A stretch of 64,000 nucleotides of DNA from a virus. The DNA lies in the IMG/VR virus record IMGVR_UViG_3300048924_000586, positions 5,776 to 69,775 of that record; one strand, 5' to 3'. This document shows positions 18,108-26,751 of the stretch, in pieces. The position numbers were made by a program, and so were the translations under genes. How positions within the stretch are numbered: the first letter of the stretch is position 1; each line of letters opens with the position of its first letter. The notes under the pieces were generated by a model. It searched no databases. It had not been told where the DNA came from and was given only the letters and a program-made list of their open reading frames with translations.

Positions 18108-18128
18108 GCCGGTACCTCCGGAGGGTTT

Positions 18129-20459
18129 ATGCCTGATCTTACCACGCAGCCAACCACCCCAAAAGACCTCGCCCTCTCATACGTCTATCGCGGTGTCCCG
18201 GTGTTTCCGTGCCGGGCCGCCGACGAGGTGACGGACCAGTTCGACCCCGATACCGGCGAGATCATCGTCTACAAGGCGAAGACCCCGCTGCGCTCCAACG
18301 GCTTCAAAGGCGCGACCGTAAACGGCGGTCTCGTCGGCCGTATGTGGGACAATTACCCGTCTGCCATGGTCGGCATCCCCACCGGTGAGCAGCTCGGCGC
18401 ATGGGTGCTCGACGTTGACGTTCACAAAGACGAAAATGGTAACGTCATCAATGGTTACGAGACGCTCGCTCGACTCGAAGATAAGCACGGCACATTGCCG
18501 GAAACCGCCCGTGCCAAGACGGCAGGCGGCGGCACCCACTATTATTTCAAGCACGTCCCGAGCGTCCGAAACCGCGGTGGTCTCGGCGCCGGTCTCGACG
18601 TGCGTGGATCCGGTGGCTACGTCATCGCCCCCGGCAGCGTGACCGGCGACGGTCGAGAATATCTATGGGTGGACTTCGACGGCGAGGGCATGCCGGACAT
18701 CGGCGATGCCCCAGAATGGCTGCTCGATCTGGTCACGCCCCCGCCAGCCACGTCCGGCCCGGTGGACTATAGCTATGAGCCCGGCACGAACGACGCCTAT
18801 ATCGATCAGGCAATCCGGTTGGAGCTTGAGGAGACGGCGGCTGTCCCGATGGGCGGTGGCCGCAACAATCGTCTCAATCAGGCATCCTATGCACTTGGCA
18901 CATTCGTCGGCGCTGGCGCTTTGCGGGAGAGCGAGGCGCGAGACTTATTGCAGGGCGTGGCGCGTGCGTGGGCTCGCGACTGGACGCAGTGCTGCAAGAC
19001 GATCGATAATGGCTTGAAGGCTGGCATGGCGAACCCGCGCGTCATTCCCGAACGGACGATGGCCGACACGACGCCATCGATCGACGCCGAGCGCATGGTC
19101 GCGAACACGCTGGCCAAACGAGAGCATCCCACCCCCGAACCCGTCGTGGAAGATGACGAGCTGCCCGAGTACAAACTTGAGGCGGTGCGAGAGCTTGAGG
19201 ATCTGACCTATCCAGGTGGACTGGTGGAGGATCTCATCGACTGGATCGTATCGTCAGCCGAGCAGCCCAGCCGGCCTTTGGCTCTCGCTGCCGTGTTGCC
19301 GTTCGTCGCCTCGCTTTGCGGACCGCGGTACTCGACGACGAGCCGAGACACGCGCCCGAACATCTATTCCGTAGCCCTCGCTGAATCGGGTTTCGGTAAG
19401 GATCACGCGCGCTCGCAGATCAAACGGCTGCTGATGTCTGATCACGGCGTATTCGAGAAGTTCAGCGGCCCGGCCCGTATCATGTCGGCATCAGCGCTGC
19501 GCGAGGTCCTCGAAGCCAACCAGTCCGTCAATTGTCAGATCGACGAGTTCGGCGGCTTCATTCGCGATATCACTGACCGAAAGGCTGGCAGCCACCAGCG
19601 CGCGATCTCCACAGACTTACGCGACTACTATTCCGCCAGCTCAACCTTCTTCGAGGGAGCAGCCTATCGCGGCACGCCCCCGAAGCGGATCTACAACCCA
19701 ATCTTGTGCGTCCACGGCACATCGACGCCTGAGCAGTTCTGGTCGGCCTTGTCATCGGCCAGCGCCGAGGATGGCCTGCTGCCGCGTCTGATCCTGTTTC
19801 ATATCACCGGATCAAAGCCGGCAGTGGTGAAGCCCACCAAGACCGTCCGCGACGTGCCGTACCTCCTCATGGAGCGCATGGCGACCGTGGCCGGTATCGA
19901 TGTGGCCAAGAAGCGCGGAAACCTCGGCAAGGTCGGTTACTCGTCCGACACGGCGCCGTCGGGTGAGGTCAAGCCGCATGTCATCCCATGGACGCCGGAT
20001 GCGGAAGGCTTGCTGCGGGCGGTCAAGGAGACGATCGAGGAAAAGGAGAGGGCGGTCGCGGCTGATGCGCAGCCATTTGTTCGCCGCATCGTCGAGAACG
20101 CCATCAAGCTGGCCATCGTCGTCGCTGTCGGCCGTGACCCGGTCGAGCCGGTAATCAACGAGGAGGTCTTTGAATGGGCGGCTGCCGTGGCGTGGACCTG
20201 CGCTGCTGCGATGCTCTCGGAGGTCGGTGAGCGCCTGGCGGACAACCAGCGTGAGGCGAACTACAAAAAGATCGCCGGGCTGATCAAGAAGGCCAAGGGC
20301 GGCATCACCGAAGGCAAGCTGGCAGATCGATGCAAAGCTATTGATGGTTGGCAACGCAAGGAGATCCTTGAGGACCTTCAGAAGACTGGTCAGGTCGAGT
20401 TTGCCGCCAATGACAATAAGCCAGGCAGGCCGTCTCGGCGATTGATATGGGTTGGGTAA
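18129..20459 (+). CDS. Bifunctional primase-polymerase fused to a DUF3987-like helicase
   Basis: PVFPC, VLDVD, TAGGGTHYYF, LDVRGSGGYVIAPGS; AESGFGKD, IDEFG, DGLLPR. Confidence 0.92.
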   Translation: MPDLTTQPTTPKDLALSYVYRGVPVFPCRAADEVTDQFDPDTGEIIVYKAKTPLRSNGFKGATVNGGLVGRMWDNYPSAMVGIPTGEQLGAWVLDVDVHKDENGNVINGYETLARLEDKHGTLPETARAKTAGGGTHYYFKHVPSVRNRGGLGAGLDVRGSGGYVIAPGSVTGDGREYLWVDFDGEGMPDIGDAPEWLLDLVTPPPATSGPVDYSYEPGTNDAYIDQAIRLELEETAAVPMGGGRNNRLNQASYALGTFVGAGALRESEARDLLQGVARAWARDWTQCCKTIDNGLKAGMANPRVIPERTMADTTPSIDAERMVANTLAKREHPTPEPVVEDDELPEYKLEAVRELEDLTYPGGLVEDLIDWIVSSAEQPSRPLALAAVLPFVASLCGPRYSTTSRDTRPNIYSVALAESGFGKDHARSQIKRLLMSDHGVFEKFSGPARIMSASALREVLEANQSVNCQIDEFGGFIRDITDRKAGSHQRAISTDLRDYYSASSTFFEGAAYRGTPPKRIYNPILCVHGTSTPEQFWSALSSASAEDGLLPRLILFHITGSKPAVVKPTKTVRDVPYLLMERMATVAGIDVAKKRGNLGKVGYSSDTAPSGEVKPHVIPWTPDAEGLLRAVKETIEEKERAVAADAQPFVRRIVENAIKLAIVVAVGRDPVEPVINEEVFEWAAAVAWTCAAAMLSEVGERLADNQREANYKKIAGLIKKAKGGITEGKLADRCKAIDGWQRKEILEDLQKTGQVEFAANDNKPGRPSRRLIWVG

Positions 20460-20497
20460 ATTTACTGAGTAAAATTAGGCAAAGGTTACCCTCAAAG

Positions 20498-20525
20498 AAA
20501 AGGCGGCATTTTTGCCGCCTTTTTT
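20498..20525. terminator. Bidirectional intrinsic terminator
   Basis: AAAAGGCGGCA-TTTT-TGCCGCCTTTTT between convergent genes. Confidence 0.85.
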
Positions 20526-20530
20526 GCATT

Positions 20531-21160
20531 TTAACCAGTAGCGATCGCATTCTCCGCAGCTTGTATGCCGCGCTCAATCTTCGCAGTAAGGACAAACATA
20601 AAATTGCCTAGTGCTTCGGCAAACTCGACCGACTGCTTTGCTTCCTCGTATGAAACATGAGGGTTTTCTGCATCTGCATGTCTTGGTCTATTCGAACCAA
20701 GCCTTACAGCGTGCGCCCAGTCCGCCATTCCCTGAGTTAAGATACCATCAGCTCGTGCCTTATCGATTCTGCTGTAAAGAGACCCTTCAGTATACGCTCG
20801 CTCCTTGAGCATCGCGTCAACCGCACTGCCAGCCATAACGGCGGCTGCGTCGGGCGCGTGTAGTACATCGAATGCTTGCTGTAAAAACCGTCTTGCAACG
20901 TCTGGAATATCATTGTGCGCCAGTTTGGGCGCTGGATACACGTCTGCCGCCACTTGATTGAGATAAGCTGTGTGAGACTTTGCGGTAGTCGCGCCTCCAC
21001 AAGTGCTGCAAAGGTAGCAAGCCCAAGCTTTCTGCTGCTGTCTATCCGCTCTTGGTGTCCCAACTCCATCATGAGACATCCAGACCAACTGCATCAAAGG
21101 CGCCGTTACTGCGCAGTGTGGGCACTTCTCAACATCCAGCTGCTGCCCCATTGTGGCCAT
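20531..21160 (-). CDS. DUF4145 (HEPN-like) protein with an N-terminal Zn ribbon
   Basis: CPHC and CSTC; AAAVMAGSAVD..LYSRID..WAHAVRLGSNRPRH; lower GC; GAGGAG RBS. Confidence 0.8.
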   Translation of the reverse strand: MATMGQQLDVEKCPHCAVTAPLMQLVWMSHDGVGTPRADRQQQKAWACYLCSTCGGATTAKSHTAYLNQVAADVYPAPKLAHNDIPDVARRFLQQAFDVLHAPDAAAVMAGSAVDAMLKERAYTEGSLYSRIDKARADGILTQGMADWAHAVRLGSNRPRHADAENPHVSYEEAKQSVEFAEALGNFMFVLTAKIERGIQAAENAIATG

Positions 21161-21177
21161 TCAAATTCTCCTCATCT

Positions 21178-21450
21178 GTTTCGTCCGAAGTTTCGTCTTT
21201 TTGCCGAGTTTCGTCCATGGACGAAATTGAGTTTCGTCCATTTCGTCCGAGTTTCATCCACCCCTAAAAAAGACGAAACTCAATCCGGAAAACTCAATGA
21301 AATCAGTACCCTGTATATACTATATATAGTTTCATCATTTTATCCTTATCGTTATAGTAAGTACCTAATTTTCAATCATTCTGTTGATCTGTGTAGAATA
21401 TAGGGGAGGAAATGACGAAACCCGTCTCCAAGAATTCTAGCTGACGAAAC
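21178..21450. repeat. Iteron-like GTTTCGTC(C) repeats plus AT-rich tract: probable replication origin
   Basis: About 10 direct/inverted copies (21178, 21190, 21208, 21219 inv, 21231, 21241, 21251, 21272 inv, 21414 inv, 21443 inv) around AT-rich 21300-21400. Confidence 0.75.
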
Positions 21451-21474
21451 AGCCGCGCCACCTACTATGTTGGT

Positions 21475-21996
21475 ATGGCAAAAATCCCCACACAGAGAAC
21501 CACGCAGACCACGCGCTACCAAGGCCGGAAGGTTCGCATCATCACCACGACATCCTCGACAGGCACGAAGGTCACCGTGACGGATGCGCCGGTCGAAGAA
21601 TGGATCTTGCAGGCCGCCGCTGTCGCCGCACTCAAAAACATGCCGGAATACGCTGGCGACGCCGACAAGGTGGCTGCCAACGACAACGCAGGACGGCCGA
21701 GCTTCACTCTTGCAGCAGACATGAACGGCGATAATCGAAGCCGACAGGCTGCCCTGAAGGCAACGGCGACGGGCATTGCGGCCGGTGATCCTGATCTCCG
21801 CATCTACCTGCCCAACGGCGTTCTCAAGCTGATCGAATACAAGAATGCCGAGGGCGTACTCACTAAGAGCCAGCGCATTCGTCACCCGCTTCTTTTCCGT
21901 CTCGGCCATCCGGTCGTTACTCTCAAGGTAGCGAGCAAGGAAGAGGCGGCGGCAAGGACGGTCGAGCTGGTTCGAAACTGGCTAGCTGTTGCTTGA
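21475..21996 (+). CDS. VRR-NUC-like nuclease
   Basis: EWILQ, GIAAGDPDL, IEYK...SQ. Confidence 0.8.
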   Translation: MAKIPTQRTTQTTRYQGRKVRIITTTSSTGTKVTVTDAPVEEWILQAAAVAALKNMPEYAGDADKVAANDNAGRPSFTLAADMNGDNRSRQAALKATATGIAAGDPDLRIYLPNGVLKLIEYKNAEGVLTKSQRIRHPLLFRLGHPVVTLKVASKEEAAARTVELVRNWLAVA

Positions 21997-22164
21997 CGCA
22001 TCGCGCCACTCTGCGCGCTCAGCTTGGCGATTGCGCCACTGCTCGCGTTTGGCTTCACGGTCTCGGCAAACGGGCCCGTCGTCATTCCAGCCTTTGGCGA
22101 ACCAAATGCCTAATCCGGCAAGGACGACAATCACGAAGCCGCTCATGAGAAACGAAACAACCAT
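21982..22164 (-). CDS. Small membrane protein
   Basis: AGGAGG RBS; N-terminal TM helix. Confidence 0.5.
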   Translation of the reverse strand: MVVSFLMSGFVIVVLAGLGIWFAKGWNDDGPVCRDREAKREQWRNRQAERAEWRDASSNS

Positions 22165-22229
22165 AACACCCTCCTGAACACGTCAGCCTCTAACAACTGC
22201 TCATGATCTTGGAGGTTCCCAAGCGTCTG

Positions 22230-22364
22230 CTAACGTACCCGCTGTATTGAACCCGTCATGGTGTGGTCGACGCCGTCGAAGCGGTCAAGCGCCAGTGAGG
22301 CGCCGAACATCAGAATGGCGATAATGGGGATTGCGAATAGGACGATAGATCCTGGTACGCGCAT
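22230..22364 (-). CDS. Small exported/membrane peptide (44 aa)
   Basis: MRVPGSIVLFAIPIIAILMFGASLAL..; GGAG upstream; translated by hand. Confidence 0.4.
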   Translation of the reverse strand: MRVPGSIVLFAIPIIAILMFGASLALDRFDGVDHTMTGSIQRVR

Positions 22365-22474
22365 GAACCAACTCCGAACAAATGGCTGCGTCGGCGCCAT
22401 CAATGCCCTGCGGCATTTAACGCAAAGTTAACAGATCGCGTTTGCGCACAGTTAACCACCACAGAGGAGACGAC

Positions 22475-23392
22475 ATGGCACGACACGGATCACTTGCTGA
22501 GCAACTCGATGCATTCCTGACATTCGCCACCGCGCCGGACCATGAGCCGGAGCCGATCCAGACGAACTGGGCCATCACGCCGGCCAATGACAACAATCCT
22601 GAAGATGTTGCCGATCTCAAGACCGAGAAGCTCTGGGACATATCGCCCTCGGTCGAGGAGGTGATGAGGCAGGTCAAGTCTGGCCCGGTTCATCGCAACG
22701 ATGCTGGTCAGACGGTGCGTATTGGTCGCTTACGCTTCTCAGACGGCACGCAGACCGAGCAGGCCATGAAGGTCACCATCGACGGGAAAGTCGTCACGTT
22801 CCAAGATCGCATGCCTACAGGCGCCATGCTCGGCACGATCGACAAGGAGAGGGCGCAGCGCGGTGGTGATGACAATCCGCAGGAACTCACAGACAGCAAC
22901 GAATATTTCGCCGAGATGCTCGGAACCCGCAAGCCGCGCTATGTCACCGCTTCGAAGAAACGTCAGCCACGACAGCAGATCAGCCACGACGAGGCAAAGC
23001 GCATTCTGGCGGACGCCTACGCCAAGGCAGGCGACGTCAACAAACTGATCACGCGCTACCCGGATGGCCTACCTTGCGGGTCGCAAAAGGTGGCGGATAG
23101 CTTTCTCGGCATGCGGAAGACGACCTGCGCAGGTGGTGGATCGATGGCGTGGCAGGATGTGGCTTCGGAAACCGAGCAGCGACGGTCATGGCATGAGGCG
23201 GTTGGCTACATGGCAGACGAGCACTTCGACATTCTGACAAGCGCCAGCAAGTCCAAGAGCCTGAAGGAAATCGGTCAGGCCCGAGGCTTCAAAGGGCAGT
23301 ATGCAATCGAGGCAGGAAGGCGACTGTTGATTGCCGCCAACGATAACTTCGCAGAAGCGCTGGATTTGGCGCGTTATGCCAAATCGGCCTGA
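22475..23392 (+). CDS. Hypothetical phage protein, probable late-gene regulator
   Basis: Last early gene; C-terminal HTH-like SLKEIGQARGF; PANDN and AANDNFAE. Confidence 0.7.
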   Translation: MARHGSLAEQLDAFLTFATAPDHEPEPIQTNWAITPANDNNPEDVADLKTEKLWDISPSVEEVMRQVKSGPVHRNDAGQTVRIGRLRFSDGTQTEQAMKVTIDGKVVTFQDRMPTGAMLGTIDKERAQRGGDDNPQELTDSNEYFAEMLGTRKPRYVTASKKRQPRQQISHDEAKRILADAYAKAGDVNKLITRYPDGLPCGSQKVADSFLGMRKTTCAGGGSMAWQDVASETEQRRSWHEAVGYMADEHFDILTSASKSKSLKEIGQARGFKGQYAIEAGRRLLIAANDNFAEALDLARYAKSA

Positions 23393-23417
23393 CTTTCTGA
23401 GAAGTTGCCACCTGTAT

Positions 23418-23870
23418 AGGTGAAGGGGTTGCCGGATAGGCGCCCCACACCTTTCCGGGCGCACCGATGTTGCGACGGAGCCTCGGCCAGCGATGAGCCG
23501 GGGCTAACTATCCTGAACCGCGACAGGACGAGCCACGACGGTGGACCCTTTCCGGTATTCGAGCATTAGCTCAATCCGTATCGCTGCGGTGATGCGGCAC
23601 CTACAGCCTACCCTTGATCCTCTGTCCCTTCGTCTGCACCGGGTTTCGTACCGTGGCAGAGGCGGCGGATATGTCTGGCCCGTGAAATGACAGGGCGACG
23701 CTGCGGACGCGCTTCGTTGGTAGTCCATATTCGGCCATTCACCGATAGATGCTTGCGGCTTGGACGCGGCATTCGGTTGGCCTTGCCAATCCCCACGTCG
23801 ACCTCTCCTCCGTCGTGTGGTGATCCCTGCGGCTGGCTCGCTTCGGCTTGAGCCGGCCGCTTTCGGTTTC
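23418..23870 (+). ncRNA. Candidate structured late-leader RNA/sRNA
   Basis: About 450 nt without a credible ORF; consecutive hairpins with G-U pairs; CTCTCCTCC loop at 23803-23811. Confidence 0.5.
23829..23869 (+). terminator. Intrinsic terminator
   Basis: GCGGCTGGCTC...GAGCCGGCCGC followed by TTTCGGTTT. Confidence 0.7.
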
Positions 23871-23970
23871 TCGGGGTGTGCACCAGATAAAGTTGTGGAT
23901 TTTTACTGATTCGCTCTTATCTTGAACGCCTTCGCATGCTGTCTGGGCTCATCAGCTTATGGTGGGGGCC

Positions 23971-24813
23971 ATGGACAAGAGTTTCACATTTCGTTTCTAC
24001 AACGTTTCTCGTACCGACCCAAAAAAGCCACCGATGGTGGACCTGTTGCGACAAGTTGCACAGGAAAAAGACCGTTTAAAAAGGGAACATCAAGTAATTC
24101 AGGGCTATACTATTCGCCTTGAGGAATTAGAAGATGACGGCGCGGACGCGGTAATTGGTGAATTTGTCCGATGCCAATCGACAAATCTACCGAGTGAGAT
24201 TGACGGCTCCGCCAGGAGAGCCTTGGCTGCCAAGCAGTTGGGACATAGCATCGTTTTCCGATTGAACCACAAATTGGGCGTTATCGGCATTCAGCATGAT
24301 CCTCGAATAGTGTCGCTAGGTAGGATTCTGGAGTATCTCAGGATCTACAATGCGGGTGCCTTCTTCGACGTTGCACCTAGAATCAACAAAGATGCATGGA
24401 AAAAATTCAACGCAGGATCAGTGCGAAAGCTTTCTTTGAGAATTGCCTCTCCAGATACGATGGATGACTTAGGTGGCGATGGAAAAGCGGCATCAAGCGG
24501 ACTGAAAGCGCTCGCAGACGCGTATGACGCGCCGACGATCGGAATAGAGCTGTCGATGGGCAACCACAAAGGTTTCCTAGCCAACTCCGTCAAAGGTCTC
24601 GCTGATCTTCTCTCAAAAGCAGTGGGGCCGACTTCCCGCGTAGATAAACTTACTGCTGTTACCGTAATCAACGATGTTTCTGAGGAGGTTGACTTGATCG
24701 AGGAAAGGCAAATACTGCAAGACACACTGGCAATAGATGACCGTGATCCAGATAAAAATTATGAAGTGAAGAAAACATATCTAGCACGTGAAATGAAGAA
24801 GTTGATCGGATGA
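23971..24813 (+). CDS. Moron protein, DUF6731/DUF4747-like
   Basis: Low GC relative to flanks; F.FYNV..., IRLEEL, GEFVR; family assignment from memory. Confidence 0.6.
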   Translation: MDKSFTFRFYNVSRTDPKKPPMVDLLRQVAQEKDRLKREHQVIQGYTIRLEELEDDGADAVIGEFVRCQSTNLPSEIDGSARRALAAKQLGHSIVFRLNHKLGVIGIQHDPRIVSLGRILEYLRIYNAGAFFDVAPRINKDAWKKFNAGSVRKLSLRIASPDTMDDLGGDGKAASSGLKALADAYDAPTIGIELSMGNHKGFLANSVKGLADLLSKAVGPTSRVDKLTAVTVINDVSEEVDLIEERQILQDTLAIDDRDPDKNYEVKKTYLAREMKKLIG

Positions 24814-25286
24814 CAGCGGCGATCGAGCGTTTCGGACCTGTATGTGCTGCGTCGCTCATGGTGGCTGCGCTGTACTATTTCCGTGGCGACTTAGTTCTAA
24901 TGGCGTTCAACGGGCAGCTAGACCTGAAAAACGTATATGCCTCTGTGTTCGATTGGTCATCCATCCAAACGGGTTTTGTATTCGGGATTTTTGGCTTTGT
25001 AGCAGGTAAGAGCGGAGGTTTTATCGAGGCCATTCGCGATACTAAGGAAATGGCTCTCTTTCTCACATATACAAAGCGAGCTATTTACCTAGGCTTCTGC
25101 CTGACGTTCTCCAGCATAGTCATGTCGATCACGTCATTCGATGTTTCGAGCGGTGGGCCTTGGAAGTTTCATATTTTTGCTGTCTGGTCGTTTGTATCAT
25201 TATGGGGATTCCTAGCGTTTCTCCGTGTTGCGTACATTTTTGGTGACATACTGCGGGTACGTGATCGAGTGCGGATCCCGGGATAA
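24810..25286 (+). CDS. 4-TM membrane protein, partner of the upstream moron gene
   Basis: ATGA-coupled, low GC, four hydrophobic segments. Confidence 0.75.
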   Translation: MTAAIERFGPVCAASLMVAALYYFRGDLVLMAFNGQLDLKNVYASVFDWSSIQTGFVFGIFGFVAGKSGGFIEAIRDTKEMALFLTYTKRAIYLGFCLTFSSIVMSITSFDVSSGGPWKFHIFAVWSFVSLWGFLAFLRVAYIFGDILRVRDRVRIPG

Positions 25287-25326
25287 TGCCTGATACTGGC
25301 GCTGCGCCACTTCCCGAGTAAACCCC

Positions 25327-25962
25327 ATGATCGTGATGACAGTCGTCGGCAGTGGCATGGCCCAGCTTGAGGAAGCGACCATCATCCTCGGCACACAGGG
25401 CCGTGCTCGACGCGCTTATTCCCGCGCGATCAACCACACTGGCGACATCGTTCGAAACGAAGCTGGCAGCGCGCTGTCTGCCCAGACGGGCCTACCCAAG
25501 CGTACGGGCAAGAAGGCTTATCGGATATCTGGCGAGCGCGCCAAGCCAGACACGCTGACGTATGTGGTCAACGGGCAGGGTGGCGATATCGCCCTCAAAT
25601 ACTTCAAGGCCAGAGAGACCAAGAAGGGTGTCAGCGCTGCTCCTCACAATGCGAGGCGTGTGTTCGCATCCACCTTCATGAAGGCTGGCTGGTGGCCCAA
25701 GCGAGTTGGCAAGCCTGGTTGGAATAAGCAGGTCTTCATCCGGTCAGGTGATGGCTATAAGTACAACATCGCCCGCAACAATCCATTCGATGCCAAGCGC
25801 GTTCGTCTCAAGACCAACTTCCGCAAGGTCAAGTCAGGCGTCTTCGTCCCGCAGGAGATGGTTCAGGGCCTTGCTGGTGAGGCGTGGAGGAAGGGCGCTC
25901 AGCGCCTACAGCCACGTGTCGAGCACGAGGTCAGAGCAATGACCAAGGGGATCGTTAGTTGA
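25327..25962 (+). CDS. Lambda gpZ-like basic phage protein
   Basis: RAYSRAINHTG, IALKYFKARETKKGV, TFMK. Confidence 0.7.
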   Translation: MIVMTVVGSGMAQLEEATIILGTQGRARRAYSRAINHTGDIVRNEAGSALSAQTGLPKRTGKKAYRISGERAKPDTLTYVVNGQGGDIALKYFKARETKKGVSAAPHNARRVFASTFMKAGWWPKRVGKPGWNKQVFIRSGDGYKYNIARNNPFDAKRVRLKTNFRKVKSGVFVPQEMVQGLAGEAWRKGAQRLQPRVEHEVRAMTKGIVS

Positions 25963-26013
25963 TGCACTGGATGAAAAAAGCGATGCAAAATACTGAAAAC
26001 CATCATTTTATTG

Positions 26014-26042
26014 TTGACAACGCCGGTGGCGCATGCTATCAT
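26014..26042 (+). promoter_or_regulatory. Sigma70-like promoter upstream of the packaging genes
   Basis: TTGACA-17-TATCAT. Confidence 0.6.
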
Positions 26043-26054
26043 GGTGAGGCCACC

Positions 26055-26135
26055 CCCTCGGTCGGGTCCCTCTGACCCCCTGCCGGGCCTATGCGGGCGG
26101 GAAGGCCCGGACTTGAACTAGGTACGAAATTTTCC
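26055..26135. other. Probable cos region
   Basis: GC-rich GGGTCCC...TATGCGGGCGGG block directly upstream of Nu1/GpA-type terminase genes; cut site not determined. Confidence 0.45.
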
Positions 26136-26199
26136 AGAACCGCTTTCCTACTTGTCTACCCCGGCTGTCTCCCCCGTAGGGGGAGGTTGAGCGCCAACC

Positions 26200-26751
26200 A
26201 TGAAAGTGCTGACGCCGATGTCCAAGGGTAAGGAAGTCAGCCAGGCCGAACTTTCCGACATCATCGGCAAATCGCAGGTCACGCTCCGTGCGTGGGAGCG
26301 GGAAGGCATGCCGGTACTGTCGAAGGCCGGCAAGGGTAGAGCGTCGACCTACAACACGGTCGAGGTGATCGAATGGATGGAAGCGCGCCTGATATCCAAG
26401 TTTGCGGCCAGCAAGGAAGACGACACGGATGTCGTCTCAGAGGATGAGGGCCGGCGCCGCAAGATCGTAGCCGAGGCCAAGCTGGCCGAACTGAAACTTG
26501 CTGTCGAGAGCGGGGAGCTGGTCGAGATCGAGGCCGTTGGGGTCGAGGTCGATACTGTGTTGAGCAGCGTGCGAGCGCGGCTCCTGGCAATACCCGGAAC
26601 GCTGGCGCTGACGCTGACAAACGAACCGGACCCGTCCGTCGTTCGTGATCGCGTCTTTGACGAGATTTCGGGGGCACTGAATGAGCTATCAGCCGCTGAT
26701 CTCGGCAGGCCGAGCGAAGCTACAGGCGCGACTGAGGCAGTCGAGGCTTAA
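26200..26751 (+). CDS. Terminase small subunit (Nu1-like)
   Basis: wHTH VSQAELSDIIG..TLRAWEREGMP, YNT.EVIEW, coiled coil, RARLLAIP. Confidence 0.92.
   Translation: MKVLTPMSKGKEVSQAELSDIIGKSQVTLRAWEREGMPVLSKAGKGRASTYNTVEVIEWMEARLISKFAASKEDDTDVVSEDEGRRRKIVAEAKLAELKLAVESGELVEIEAVGVEVDTVLSSVRARLLAIPGTLALTLTNEPDPSVVRDRVFDEISGALNELSAADLGRPSEATGATEAVEA

Noticed and set aside
21178-21450. CRISPR or TIGR array
   Set aside because: Repeats are 8-11 bp, irregularly spaced and in both orientations, which fits iterons; the Cas4-like gene at 9308 is a solo phage nuclease
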